From Clostridiaceae bacterium (GTDB lineage: Bacteria; Bacillota; Clostridia; CAYPLH01; DUMO01), in NCBI GenBank assembly GCA_012839865.1, contig DUMO01000028.1:1-55977 (forward strand): DNA of 55,977 nt, given 5' to 3'. Below are positions 35,853 through 45,827 of this stretch, in pieces. The notes under the pieces were generated by a model. It did not search any database, had not been told where the DNA came from, and saw only the letters and a program-made list of their open reading frames with translations. Made by a program: the position numbers and the translations under genes. Each line of letters begins with the position of its first letter. The stretch's first letter is position 1.

Positions 35853-36593
35853 CTAATAGGGCATGTCCATCCTTGCAATTGCCTCACCAATAACCAGGTC
35901 TTCCCGGGTTGTAATCTTTATATTGCTATAGCTGCCCATTACAAGCCTTACTTTATATCCCGCCCTTTCGGCCAGGATGGCATCATCGGTGCCAACATAC
36001 CCTTCCGACATGGCTTTTTCATATGCGTCGGCAATAATGTCATATCTGAAAGCCTGGGGTGTTTGAATCAGCCAAAGAGCACTCCGGTCAAGGGTTTCCC
36101 TGACAAATCCGTTTTCGTCAGATGCCTTGACAGTATCCTTTACAGGTACTGCGGTGCATGCAGCACCGTACTGAAATGCAGCGGCTATGTTTTCTATAAT
36201 AATATCTTCCTCCACAAAAGGCCTTGCACCGTCATGTACAAGAACAATGCCGGTATCCCGGTGTAGCTCAGCAAGCCCCCTTTGCACCGATTCCTGCCTT
36301 TCATTACCCCCGGCGGTAATTACCTTCACCTTTTCAATTCCATATTCATCAACAATTTTGTTTTTACAAAAAATTATATCCTGCTCGTTCACCACCAGGA
36401 TGATTTCATCAACAAGCCTGCACCTGTCAAACTTAAGCAGAGTACTTGCCAGGACAGGCAAGCCGCCAATATTGATATATTGCTTGTTAATGTCCATGTT
36501 CATCCTGGTTCCCTTGCCGGCTGCCGCAATAATGACAGATACATAAAGCTTGTCCAACTCCGGATAAGTTTCTTTTTGATTAAATAAACCCAT
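35853..36593 (-). CDS. ispD: 2-C-methyl-D-erythritol 4-phosphate cytidylyltransferase
   Basis: IIAAAGKGTRM, GGNERQESV, VHDGARP, QTPQAF, GTDDA, NIKITT. Confidence 0.96.
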   Translation of the reverse strand: MGLFNQKETYPELDKLYVSVIIAAAGKGTRMNMDINKQYINIGGLPVLASTLLKFDRCRLVDEIILVVNEQDIIFCKNKIVDEYGIEKVKVITAGGNERQESVQRGLAELHRDTGIVLVHDGARPFVEEDIIIENIAAAFQYGAACTAVPVKDTVKASDENGFVRETLDRSALWLIQTPQAFRYDIIADAYEKAMSEGYVGTDDAILAERAGYKVRLVMGSYSNIKITTREDLVIGEAIARMDMPY

Positions 36594-36690
36594 GCCATCC
36601 CTCAAATAATTTAATAAGCCCTGAGTGAATTACACACAAGACATACAATCAGTTATATTTTATCATAAACCAACGTCAAACCATATCCCC

Positions 36691-38157
36691 CTAGCTTCCA
36701 AGCACCTGGCCTGTTTCAGGGTCTATATACACCAGCCAGTACCCGAAGGCTCCGTAGCGCAATTGAGTTCCCTCCGACTGAACCCACCTGCATATGTCCC
36801 CGCCAAAGGGCTTCTCATCCATCCTGTAAGCCCCCGGTACTCCGCAGACAAGATATTCCTTTTCAGTTCTCTTGTCCGTATATATTCCAGCTATGTAATG
36901 CCTGTACTTGAAATGTGCCATAAGGGCTTTCGGGTTGAATAAAACGGGAGCTTTTATGTCAAACTGGTATAAAACATTATTAAGATAAACGGGGCTGTTT
37001 ACCTTCCACCAGGTATAGTCTTTTCTCCTGTTGTTGAAGGGGCAGTGCCTTTCAAAGTAAACATCAAATGCCTCCCGCAGTTTTTTCATATCTGCCGGAA
37101 CTGCTTTTTCATCGCTTTTTGCTTTTTTAAAGCCATGCAAATAGCAATTGGCACATTTCAACGGGTCAGCTTCATGGGAACAGGCAATTCCCTGGGTGGA
37201 GATTCTCTCTGTCTCACTCTCCACTTTTTCATCCTCATCGGAGGGCAGCCTGGCCATCTGGGCTCCCGGCTCCAAACCTTCTTTTGACTGTTCTTTTTCC
37301 CCGTTACCGGGCAATAATTCTTCCTCAGGCTGTTTTGCTTCAGTTTGCCGTGATTCGGCAAGCTGTGTTTTGCCGTATATTTCCCCGGATTGCGCCTCTG
37401 CTTTTTCCGGTACATCAAGGAGCGGTTCAGGCTGCCGGGCTTTGACTTCCGCATCCCCGGCAAGGGGCGATTCATGCTCCCAGGCCTTGGTTTTCTCATC
37501 CCTGGCAAGAGGCGATTCTGATTTTGCGGTTTTTTTCCCAAATTTATTTCCTTCACTTTTTGCAGTATCGGGTCTTGCAGTTATTATACCGTCTGCATTT
37601 ATTTCCTGCATTCTCTCTTTGTCATATATGCTTGTTATGTCAACCTTGTACTTGCTTACCACATCCCTGGGAAATTCCTCTGTGGCATTTTCTTTTGCCG
37701 TCACTCCTAAATTTCCTCTGTCCGCCGGTTTATTTCCCAGGCGGCTTCTCCACTCCGTCCTGCCTTTCAGATATGCGCAAAGGGGCCATGCCGCCTTTCC
37801 GTTGTCATGCAAGGCGCATATTGCAAAAAGGCTTATGTCATCCAAAGAAATCCCGCTTCCGGCTATATTCAAAGGATTGAACTTAAACATAAGATTGCCG
37901 CAAGTACCGGTGATGTTCAAATTGCCTGCCGATGCAAGCTCTATGTTGGCCTCCTTTGCTTTTATTGCGTACAGTCTGTATGTAATCCTGTTGTCAGGTT
38001 TTATATTCTCCGCCATGGCACTCAGTGTACCTGTGCCGCCTTTTATCTCAATTTTTACATATCCGGAAGGTTTTCCGCTTGCTCCGTATCCCCTGTCTTC
38101 TTCCTCAAATATTAAAAACTTTCTCAGGTATTTTGCCTTGTCCGTCAACGCAATCAA
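36691..38157 (-). CDS. Hypothetical protein: globular N- and C-terminal domains joined by a low-complexity E/K/A/P linker
   Basis: Long ORF with RBS GGGGG (start may be TTG 38148). A C-x2-C-x2-C cluster (CSHEADPLKCANC) precedes an aromatic-rich C-terminal domain. Confidence 0.8.
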   Translation of the reverse strand: MIALTDKAKYLRKFLIFEEEDRGYGASGKPSGYVKIEIKGGTGTLSAMAENIKPDNRITYRLYAIKAKEANIELASAGNLNITGTCGNLMFKFNPLNIAGSGISLDDISLFAICALHDNGKAAWPLCAYLKGRTEWRSRLGNKPADRGNLGVTAKENATEEFPRDVVSKYKVDITSIYDKERMQEINADGIITARPDTAKSEGNKFGKKTAKSESPLARDEKTKAWEHESPLAGDAEVKARQPEPLLDVPEKAEAQSGEIYGKTQLAESRQTEAKQPEEELLPGNGEKEQSKEGLEPGAQMARLPSDEDEKVESETERISTQGIACSHEADPLKCANCYLHGFKKAKSDEKAVPADMKKLREAFDVYFERHCPFNNRRKDYTWWKVNSPVYLNNVLYQFDIKAPVLFNPKALMAHFKYRHYIAGIYTDKRTEKEYLVCGVPGAYRMDEKPFGGDICRWVQSEGTQLRYGAFGYWLVYIDPETGQVLGS

Positions 38158-38433
38158 CCCCCATAAATAATCTTACTTATATGTATATGAAGGAGTTGAT
38201 ATGTGCATGCACTAAAAATAAAACCAGAGGGCGGGTCCCTCCGGTTTTCCTTTATATGCCAATATAGCAAGGTGACTTTTAATCCGGTTCTCAACCAATA
38301 TACAAGAAAGTCTGTTCCCCTATTAACACCCGGTATAATCCGGCAGTTTGCCTTCAGTTACTCAGTGAACACAACCAGGAAGTATTTCCCCCGGTTTTCG
38401 TCCTACATAGCCGATGCTTCCCCTCCGGTTCTC

Positions 38434-39294
38434 TTACTTTTCAGTTTGCAGAGAAATAGCGTTGGAAAGTGTGGCAAACTGCTCAATGCTTAAGTTTTCT
38501 CCCCGTTCCTTTTCATCAATACCCGCCTTTGCCAGTATTTCCTTGCACTGCTCCTTGTCTAGGTTAAGGAAGCTGCTGTTGCTTAATGCATTGAGAAGAG
38601 TCTTTCTTCGCTGGCCAAAGGCAGCCTTTACAACCTTGAAAAAGCAATCCCTGCCAAGAAGTTCAACGGGAGGACACTCCCTCACCTTTATACTTATTAC
38701 CGTTGAATCAACTCCTGGCTGTGGAATAAAGCAATGAGGCGGTACATTAAACAGCCTTGCAGCCTCGGCAAAAAACTGCACTGCCACCGTCAGGGCGCCA
38801 TAATTTTTATTTCCGGGCTTTGCCGTTATTCTGTCCGCCACTTCCTTTTGAATCATGACACACATGCTTTGAACTTTGGGGCCGTTTTCAAGGAAATGCA
38901 TTATTACAGGTGTTGTTATATAGTAAGGCAGATTGCCTGCCAACCTGATATTTTTATAATTAAACCCGCAGCCTGTGATTATAGACCTTAAGTCTGCTTT
39001 TAAAATATCTTCATTGACAAACGTTATATTATCAATACCCCTTATGTTTTCCATAAACGCATCCACAAGGTGCCTGTCTATTTCAACGGCTATCACGTGA
39101 CCGGCCCTCCTGGCCAGTTCCACAGTCAAATTACCAATTCCCGAACCAACCTCTATTACAAGGTCATCTTGACACAAATCAGAACTATCGGCAATACGTT
39201 TTATTATATGGTCATCAACAAGAAAATTCTGACCGAGGGATTTTGTAAACTTAATACCGTATTTTTTTATCAGTTCCTTCGTACTCTGATGCAT
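38434..39294 (-). CDS. rsmA: 16S rRNA adenine dimethyltransferase KsgA/RsmA
   Basis: KSLGQNFL, VIEVGSGIGNLT, NLPYYITTP, MIQKEVADR, AAFGQRRKTLLN. Confidence 0.97.
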   Translation of the reverse strand: MHQSTKELIKKYGIKFTKSLGQNFLVDDHIIKRIADSSDLCQDDLVIEVGSGIGNLTVELARRAGHVIAVEIDRHLVDAFMENIRGIDNITFVNEDILKADLRSIITGCGFNYKNIRLAGNLPYYITTPVIMHFLENGPKVQSMCVMIQKEVADRITAKPGNKNYGALTVAVQFFAEAARLFNVPPHCFIPQPGVDSTVISIKVRECPPVELLGRDCFFKVVKAAFGQRRKTLLNALSNSSFLNLDKEQCKEILAKAGIDEKERGENLSIEQFATLSNAISLQTEK

Positions 39295-39302
39295 TTATTC
39301 AC

Positions 39303-40361
39303 CTAATCAGCCAGGAAATATACGTTAACATACTTGATTCCCCAATCATAAACCTCTTCCTGGGTGTCCAGGTATATATCAATTATGTTGCCTTTTATAG
39401 AACCGCCTGTGTCGGCACAAACAGCAAATCCATAATCGGGGGTCTTGCCCCTCACCTCAACATATACCCTGGTGCCCAGGGGAATAACATTAGGGTCAAC
39501 TGCGATTACACCTCTCTGGGCTTTAATTCCGGTGGAAGTAATTCCAAAATAAGGATCCCAGGGATGTTTGCCTGTATCTTCATAAGATGCTGTATAAGCT
39601 GTGCATTTCATATTGTAAATGACTTTGGTATATCGTATTTCTCCGCCTCTTGCGGTTTCGTAGCGAGTTACCGTTCCATACTCTACAATTTCGTCTATAG
39701 GGTTTTCAAGTACCGTTTCGTTTATGAGTTCCCTTGAAATTTCCACATTATCTTCATAAACTACTTTGTATCTTTTTTCCCTGACACCTTCCTTACCCTC
39801 TTTTATAATCCTCTCTATGCCTTTATCCATCTCTTCGTTAGGCTGTTTTGATACACCATATGCTATAGGCAGCAATTCTTCTATAATTTTCTCTTCCACC
39901 TTTACAACTTTTATAAACATATTTGGTGTTATCTCATCATATAAAGCAGCTCCTTCAAGCCTGTCATCACCATCAACAAAAATACCCCGTGAGCTTAACA
40001 ATTCCTCGACAGTTCTCTTGTATGTGTTTGCCGTAAACTGCTGTCCCCCGGCTTGAACGATAACAGGAACGGCTTTGGCAATACTGTCACTCATGGTCTC
40101 ATCAACCGGATCCCGGCTGGAAAATGAATTTATTATTGTATCAGTATTTAAACTTAATGCAAACTGCTTGAATACTTCCCCGGTAATAGAATTGGCAATT
40201 CCGGAAATCTCTATTTTTCCATATTCATTTACAATAACATCCTTCTTAAACTGACTGAAAGCGTACACTCCAGAGCATACGGAAAGCAAAACAGCAGCGA
40301 CTGCAACAGCCATTTCCCTGCTTATCACCTTCCGAATATCTACTCCTTTAAAGTGTCTCAT
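39303..40361 (-). CDS. G5 + 3D domain cell-wall/resuscitation protein (YabE-like)
   Basis: N-terminal TM, G5 (EGKEGVREKRYKV), 3D (TAYT, IAVDPNVIPLGT, DTGGSIKGNIIDIY); ATG 40361 with RBS AGGAGG. Confidence 0.9.
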   Translation of the reverse strand: MRHFKGVDIRKVISREMAVAVAAVLLSVCSGVYAFSQFKKDVIVNEYGKIEISGIANSITGEVFKQFALSLNTDTIINSFSSRDPVDETMSDSIAKAVPVIVQAGGQQFTANTYKRTVEELLSSRGIFVDGDDRLEGAALYDEITPNMFIKVVKVEEKIIEELLPIAYGVSKQPNEEMDKGIERIIKEGKEGVREKRYKVVYEDNVEISRELINETVLENPIDEIVEYGTVTRYETARGGEIRYTKVIYNMKCTAYTASYEDTGKHPWDPYFGITSTGIKAQRGVIAVDPNVIPLGTRVYVEVRGKTPDYGFAVCADTGGSIKGNIIDIYLDTQEEVYDWGIKYVNVYFLAD

Positions 40362-40433
40362 GTAATTCAACCTCCTAAAAATACATTGCATAAAAAATTA
40401 TGCAAAAATTGTGAATCTGTAGAGACGATAAGT

Positions 40434-40462
40434 ATTTTATTCCATATTGATTCTTTTGTCAA
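40434..40462 (-). promoter_or_regulatory. SigmaA promoter of the yabE-like/rsmA operon
   Basis: TTGACA-17 nt-TAAAAT on the minus strand. Confidence 0.7.
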
Positions 40463-40824
40463 CCTGATTGCCCGGCGCCGGATCTAAGCCTTTTTAAGGT
40501 TTTGTAACAATGCCTTGCCTGCCTTAAGCTGAACCTTTCACCTAAAAAGGATGAATGGTAAATATATCCGGATTAGAATTATTGCCATATTTATATTCTT
40601 ATTATTCATTTTTATCGATTATTACTTTGATATTATATCCACCATCTGTGAACAGGGCAATATAAATAAGGAAAAGACACAGCAAAGCTCATAAGATTTT
40701 AAAGCGATGCCAGGGTTATGGAAACCTGTAGAAGGAAAAGCCATATTAAAAAAAAACAAACCTGGAACAGCATTTTCACAATAAAGCAGCAAATGTTCCA
40801 GGCTTCAAGGTCTGTCTAAACCGT

Positions 40825-41160
40825 CTAATAAGGCATATTATCCATGTATTGTCCCATTACGCCGGTATTGTTCATGTAAGGAAATGCACCGCTGTTGTAG
40901 TTATCAAAACCATAGGGCATTGTCTGGCCGGGATACATGTTCATATTATTGTAGCCATAGGGCATTGCCTGATTATAACTCATATTGTAACCCATATACT
41001 GTCCTTGAACCATAGGGCATTGCATATTCATAAGGTATGGGCAGCACATAATTGGCTGTGCCATATGCGGCATATACTGCATGGGGCTTACCTGTGCATT
41101 CTCAACCATCTGAGGCATCTCATTTTCCATTACATCTTTAACTTTCTTGTTTTCTTTCAT
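40825..41160 (-). CDS. Small Met/Gln/Tyr/Asn-rich protein, probably spore-associated
   Basis: RBS GGAGGG; strongly biased composition with a CCPYLMNMQCP motif; downstream hairpin CCTGGAACA/TGTTCCAGG. Confidence 0.65.
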   Translation of the reverse strand: MKENKKVKDVMENEMPQMVENAQVSPMQYMPHMAQPIMCCPYLMNMQCPMVQGQYMGYNMSYNQAMPYGYNNMNMYPGQTMPYGFDNYNSGAFPYMNNTGVMGQYMDNMPY

Positions 41161-41267
41161 GTGTTGCTCCCTCCGGTAATAGATTCTATACTACATTATA
41201 TGAAACGTGAAAGAATGGGTGAGAATTTTCATAAAGAATTTTCATAAAGAGGTTGCATAAAATCGTT

Positions 41268-41383
41268 CAGGGACCAGGGGACGGTTAATGTGAAAGTTGA
41301 AATACTTTCATATATTTTGCTGTGAAAGCTCTCTTTCATGGTTGTTCTTGTGGTCCCCATAAGAACCGTCCCCCTGGTCCCTG
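41268..41383. repeat. REPIN/MITE-like unit with 19-20-bp terminal inverted repeats
   Basis: CAGGGACCAGGGGACGGTT (41268-41286) and AACCGTCCCCCTGGTCCCTG (41364-41383) differ only by one G/C in the run. Confidence 0.7.
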
Positions 41384-41410
41384 GGTAAAAGCGGCTGACA
41401 GAAAGCTCTT

Positions 41411-42112
41411 TTAATAATAATAAGAAATTTCTTTTATTGTCCATGCCATATTTTCAGTATTATATTTGAAAATAAAGTATCTTATGTTATTGCCGCTGAA
41501 AAACTGGCCTTTATACTCTTCAATCTTCTTTACATCAAATATCGCCTTAAGCACCAAACAGTCCTCAAACTTGTTAACCGACGGCTTCTCCACTACCAGT
41601 TCGATTGATTTAATTTCAATGGATTCAACAGCACCCTTATAATCTGAAATGAACTTATCTTTGGTAACGCTGTTATTGACTTCATCTTTTCCATACTGGA
41701 GTGCATATGCTCCTTCATAGTCCCCGTTGTTTATTTTATCAACCCAATCCTTTACTATATCCTTTATAGGTGAGAGCTCTATCTGATTCTTGAGAATCTG
41801 AATGAATTGCTCCTTGTTGTTCAGTTTTGAATTTATTGATTCAATTTCCTTTTCTTTTGCTTCCAACTGTTTTGCCAACAATTCATTTTTTTGATTTATT
41901 TCCTCTATGTCTTTTTCCATTTCTACAATATTGGTTTCAAGAAGTTTATTTCTCTCCTCCAGGTTTCTAAGCTGCTTGCTGAAAGCATCTATAGCCGCTG
42001 TCTTGCTATAATTAATTTCCTGGAAATTTTCCCTGTCCCACAGCAGGTAATTAAAAGCAATAAAAACGGTTATAATGAGAATAAAAACCATGATAAGAAC
42101 CAGGTTTTTCAA
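41411..42112 (-). CDS. Membrane-anchored coiled-coil protein with a probable NTF2-like C-terminal domain
   Basis: N-terminal TM, heptad-rich middle, WVDKINNGDYEGAYAL followed by a beta-rich tail; RBS GGGGGTG, TTG start. Confidence 0.75.
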   Translation of the reverse strand: MKNLVLIMVFILIITVFIAFNYLLWDRENFQEINYSKTAAIDAFSKQLRNLEERNKLLETNIVEMEKDIEEINQKNELLAKQLEAKEKEIESINSKLNNKEQFIQILKNQIELSPIKDIVKDWVDKINNGDYEGAYALQYGKDEVNNSVTKDKFISDYKGAVESIEIKSIELVVEKPSVNKFEDCLVLKAIFDVKKIEEYKGQFFSGNNIRYFIFKYNTENMAWTIKEISYYY

Positions 42113-42133
42113 GCTTTCACCCCCAAGTCAGGC

Positions 42134-42901
42134 TTATTTTATATTAAACAAGTCTTTGGCATTTTTCGTTGTTATCTCAATAATCCGTTCAACTTCCATT
42201 CCCTTGATTTCTGCAATTTTTCTCACTGTATTTATCATGTATGTGGAGTCGTTTCTCCTGCCTCTGAAGGGAACGGGCGTCATATACGGACAGTCTGTCT
42301 CTACAAGGAGCCTGTCCGGTGGAACAGCCTTGACAACATCAACTATCTTTTTTGCATTGTTAAATGTTACTACTCCACCTACAGAAATATAAAAATTGTT
42401 ATCAAGCAGTATTTCAGCCATTTCAACGCTGCCCGAAAACATATGAAATACTCCGCCTGTCTTCTTAGCGTTTTCAGACTTGACAATGTCCAGTATGTCC
42501 TGGTGTGAATCCCTGTTGTGTACAATAATCGGCAGTTTCAAATCCTTCGCAAGTCCGATTTGCATAATCAACCATTTTTTTTGCAGTTCCCTGGGAGAGA
42601 AATCATAATAGTAATCCAGGCCAATCTCTCCTATGGCAACCACCTTCGGTCTTTTCGACAGCTCTGCAATCCTGTCCAGCACACCGGTTTCCGCCTTTTC
42701 TACATTGTGTGGATGAATACCAATCGCCGCATATACAAAGTCATACTTTTCAGAAAGTTCCAAAGTTGAATCAATTGATGCAACATCAGACGCCGCATTT
42801 AAAACATATCCAACTCCACTTTCATATACACTCTTTAAAACGATGTCCCGGTCCTCATTAAAGCGCTCATCATCATAGTGCGCATGGCTGTCAAAAAGCA
42901 T
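42134..42901 (-). CDS. tatD: TatD-family hydrolase
   Basis: DSHAHY, GIHPH, IGEIGLDYYY, VHNRDSH, HMFSG, ETDCPY. Confidence 0.95.
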   Translation of the reverse strand: MLFDSHAHYDDERFNEDRDIVLKSVYESGVGYVLNAASDVASIDSTLELSEKYDFVYAAIGIHPHNVEKAETGVLDRIAELSKRPKVVAIGEIGLDYYYDFSPRELQKKWLIMQIGLAKDLKLPIIVHNRDSHQDILDIVKSENAKKTGGVFHMFSGSVEMAEILLDNNFYISVGGVVTFNNAKKIVDVVKAVPPDRLLVETDCPYMTPVPFRGRRNDSTYMINTVRKIAEIKGMEVERIIEITTKNAKDLFNIK

Positions 42902-43065
42902 TAAAACCACTTTCCCATTATTCATTTTCAGGCATCAGCTTGTTTTCGCTCTGTCCTTAAACACGGGGCTCTGCGAGTTCGCAGGGACCCGTCTTTTATC
43001 ATCAACTTGTCTTTGTGCTGCGTCCAATCACCGCACCTATATCCGCAGAGTCCCTGTTTAGCTGA

Positions 43066-45099
43066 TTAACTAATCTTCGTACCGCTTTTAATCACCTTCT
43101 CAACTGTTACCAGCACTAACTCCTTATTGGTGCTGGCGGCAAGTATCATGCCCTGGGACTCTACCCCCCTGAGTTTGACAGGTTTGAGGTTGGCAACCAG
43201 TATCACATATTTATTCACAAGTTCCTCAGGCTTGTAGTACTTGGCTATTCCTGAAACAACCTGCCGCACTTCGTCTCCCAATTCAAGTTTCAATTTCAAC
43301 AGTTTGTCCGCACCTTCGATTTTTTCTGCCTCAAGTACTTTCGCAACCCGAAGATCTATTTTTGCAAATTCGTCTATTGTAATGTAGTCTTCCTGTTTTT
43401 CTTCCTTCACTTCTTCCTTGTTTTCCTTCAAGGTTTCCTTCTCCATTCCTGCCTGCTTTTCTTCCTTCTCCTCGGTTTTTACTTCAGCTTCCTTTTTTTC
43501 TGCGGCAGCCTGTCCATTAGATCTCTGCCCTATTATTTTACCTAACTCATCCAGTTCCTTGTCAAGGTCAATTCTTGGGAATAATGCCGGTCCCTTATTA
43601 ACTTTTGCGGATTCGGGGAATTTACCCCAGGTCTTGACTGTATCCCATTCAACAAGTTTTTTATCATTAATTCCCAGCTGCTCCCATATCTTCTCCGGAG
43701 TTTCGGGCATAAAGGGCTGAATTAGCACTGAAATTATTCTTATGCTTTCCGCCAGGTTGTAAAGCACCTGTGCAAGCCTTCCCTTCTTTGATTCGTCCTT
43801 GCTCAACACCCACGGTTGCGTTTCATCAATATACTTGTTGGTTCTGGATATGGCTTTCCATATCTCAGAGAGGGCTAAGTTGAACTGGAGCTCATCCATC
43901 AGCCTTTCAACCTCAACGGGAGTTTTCATAACAACATTAATGAGGTCCTCGTCAAATACCCCCGGCTCCCTAAAAGATGGAATTGTACCGTCAAAATACC
44001 TGTCAATCATAGCAACCGTGCGGCTAACAAGATTTCCCAAATCGTTGGCAAGGTCCGAGTTGATTCTGTTAATCAGCGCTTCATTGTTGAAAATGCCATC
44101 AGAGCCAAAGGGCACCTCTCTAAGCAGAAAATATCTAATAGCATCCAGTCCGTATTTTCCAACCAGAACAACAGGGTCTACCACATTTCCTTTTGATTTT
44201 GACATTTTACCGCCTTCCAAAAGAAGCCATCCATGGCCGTAAACCTGTTTGGGAAGCGGTTCTCCCAGTGCCATAAGCATTGCAGGCCATATAATTGTAT
44301 GGAACCTGACTATTTCCTTACCTACGAGATGCGCATCGGCAGGCCAGAATTTTTTGAAATCAGCATCATTATCTGTCATATACCCCAAAGCCGATATATA
44401 GTTGGAAAGAGCATCTATCCAGACATATACCACATGCCCCGGGTCAAAGGTAACGGGAATTCCCCAGTTGAAGGTTGTTCTCGAAACACACAAGTCTTCA
44501 AGCCCCGGACGGAGGAAATTATTAAGCATTTCGTTGCGTCTTGATGCAGGCTGAATAAAATCAGGATTTTCTTCAAGAAGTTTAATTAATCTGTCCTGAT
44601 ACTTGGAAAGCCTGAAAAAGTAGCTTTCTTCCTTTGTCAGTTCCACTTCCCTGCCGCAGTCGGGGCATTTGCCATCCACCAGCTGGGTTTTTGTCCAGAA
44701 AGATTCGCAGGGGGTGCAATACCATCCTTCATATTCACTTTTATAGATGTCTCCCTGGTCGTACAGCTTCTTGAAAATTTTCTGAACCGTCTCTTCATGT
44801 TGTTTATCGGTGGTCCTGATGAACTTATCATTTGTAATTTTCATTAATTTCCAGAGTTCTTTTATGCCGGCTACTATCTCGTCTACATATTGCTTGGGTG
44901 TAAGTCCCTTTTCTTCAGCTTTTCTCTGTATTTTCAAGCCATGTTCGTCAGTACCTGTAAGGAACATGACATCATAGCCTCTCAGCCTTTTATATCTGGC
45001 CATTGTATCCGCTGCAACCGTAGTATAGGAATGCCCAATGTGAAGTTTGTCACTTGGATAGTATATTGGGGTTGTAATATAATATTTTTTATCTGCCAT
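43066..45099 (-). CDS. metG: Methionine--tRNA ligase with C-terminal tRNA-binding domain
   Basis: HIGH motif, Zn knuckle (CTPC...CPDC), YVWIDAL, KMSKS, C-terminal IDLRVAKV...ESQGMILAA. Confidence 0.98.
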   Translation of the reverse strand: MADKKYYITTPIYYPSDKLHIGHSYTTVAADTMARYKRLRGYDVMFLTGTDEHGLKIQRKAEEKGLTPKQYVDEIVAGIKELWKLMKITNDKFIRTTDKQHEETVQKIFKKLYDQGDIYKSEYEGWYCTPCESFWTKTQLVDGKCPDCGREVELTKEESYFFRLSKYQDRLIKLLEENPDFIQPASRRNEMLNNFLRPGLEDLCVSRTTFNWGIPVTFDPGHVVYVWIDALSNYISALGYMTDNDADFKKFWPADAHLVGKEIVRFHTIIWPAMLMALGEPLPKQVYGHGWLLLEGGKMSKSKGNVVDPVVLVGKYGLDAIRYFLLREVPFGSDGIFNNEALINRINSDLANDLGNLVSRTVAMIDRYFDGTIPSFREPGVFDEDLINVVMKTPVEVERLMDELQFNLALSEIWKAISRTNKYIDETQPWVLSKDESKKGRLAQVLYNLAESIRIISVLIQPFMPETPEKIWEQLGINDKKLVEWDTVKTWGKFPESAKVNKGPALFPRIDLDKELDELGKIIGQRSNGQAAAEKKEAEVKTEEKEEKQAGMEKETLKENKEEVKEEKQEDYITIDEFAKIDLRVAKVLEAEKIEGADKLLKLKLELGDEVRQVVSGIAKYYKPEELVNKYVILVANLKPVKLRGVESQGMILAASTNKELVLVTVEKVIKSGTKIS

Positions 45100-45282
45100 T
45101 CTTTAAACACGCTCCCGTTTGCTTCTTATGTAAAATGCCTTTTTTATATAATGCCTTTTTTTGTATTCTGTCATTTTATTTATAATTAATACTATAACAT
45201 TTATAAGGGATTTTTCAAGAAAAATAAAGAAATCGATGGGCTTGCTAGCATATATTTCATTAGAAACCACCTGGACCGCAGC

Positions 45283-45816
45283 CTACCGCCCAAAAAGGAG
45301 GGTGCAGATCCATACTGATACAATCACGCTGACACCTTCTGCAATCAGCGCTGCAAGGAGAGTATACCTGATGTTTTTCACACCCACCGACCCGAAATAC
45401 ACAGTTATTGTATAAAACACGGTTTCAGTGGACCCCATCATTGTTGACACAACACGGCCTATGAATGAATCAGCCCCGTATTTTCTTATTATATCTGTCA
45501 CCAATGCAAGGGAGGCACTGCCTGATATGGGCCGCATAAAAACAAGAGGCAGTACTTCCGATGGTATTCCAAAAAAGTTGGTAACAGGCTTGGCTGCATA
45601 AATCAGCAAATCCAGTGCCCCTGATGCCCTGAAAACCGCCACCGCAGCCATCAACCCCACAAGTGGCGGCAGAATTTTAATAACTGTTTCAATGCCATCC
45701 TTTGCACCTTCAACAAACATGTCAAACACTTTAACATCCCTCCAGGCACCAATGCCCAGAATGATTAATACTGCTGCTGGTATGGCATACAGGGATAACA
45801 TTTTAATTATATGCAT
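45283..45816 (-). CDS. spmB: Spore maturation protein B
   Basis: FVEGAKDG, RASGALD, RPISGS, GSTETVFYTITVYFGSVG. Confidence 0.93.
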   Translation of the reverse strand: MHIIKMLSLYAIPAAVLIILGIGAWRDVKVFDMFVEGAKDGIETVIKILPPLVGLMAAVAVFRASGALDLLIYAAKPVTNFFGIPSEVLPLVFMRPISGSASLALVTDIIRKYGADSFIGRVVSTMMGSTETVFYTITVYFGSVGVKNIRYTLLAALIAEGVSVIVSVWICTLLFGR

Positions 45817-45827
45817 TTTTCGCACCT

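Noticed and set aside
37148..38170. 340-aa plus-strand ORF
   Set aside because: It is the antisense shadow of the RBS-supported 36691-38157 gene; Ser/Phe/Leu-rich composition and no motifs.
38270..38432. AAGGCAAAC on the minus strand, a possible c-di-GMP-I riboswitch ahead of the hypothetical gene
   Set aside because: No GNRA tetraloop stem and no GACGCAAAG second stem follow.
45100..45282. Expected T-box or S-box leader upstream of metG
   Set aside because: No GGTGGNACC T-box or SAM-I consensus is visible; the region is short and AT-rich.
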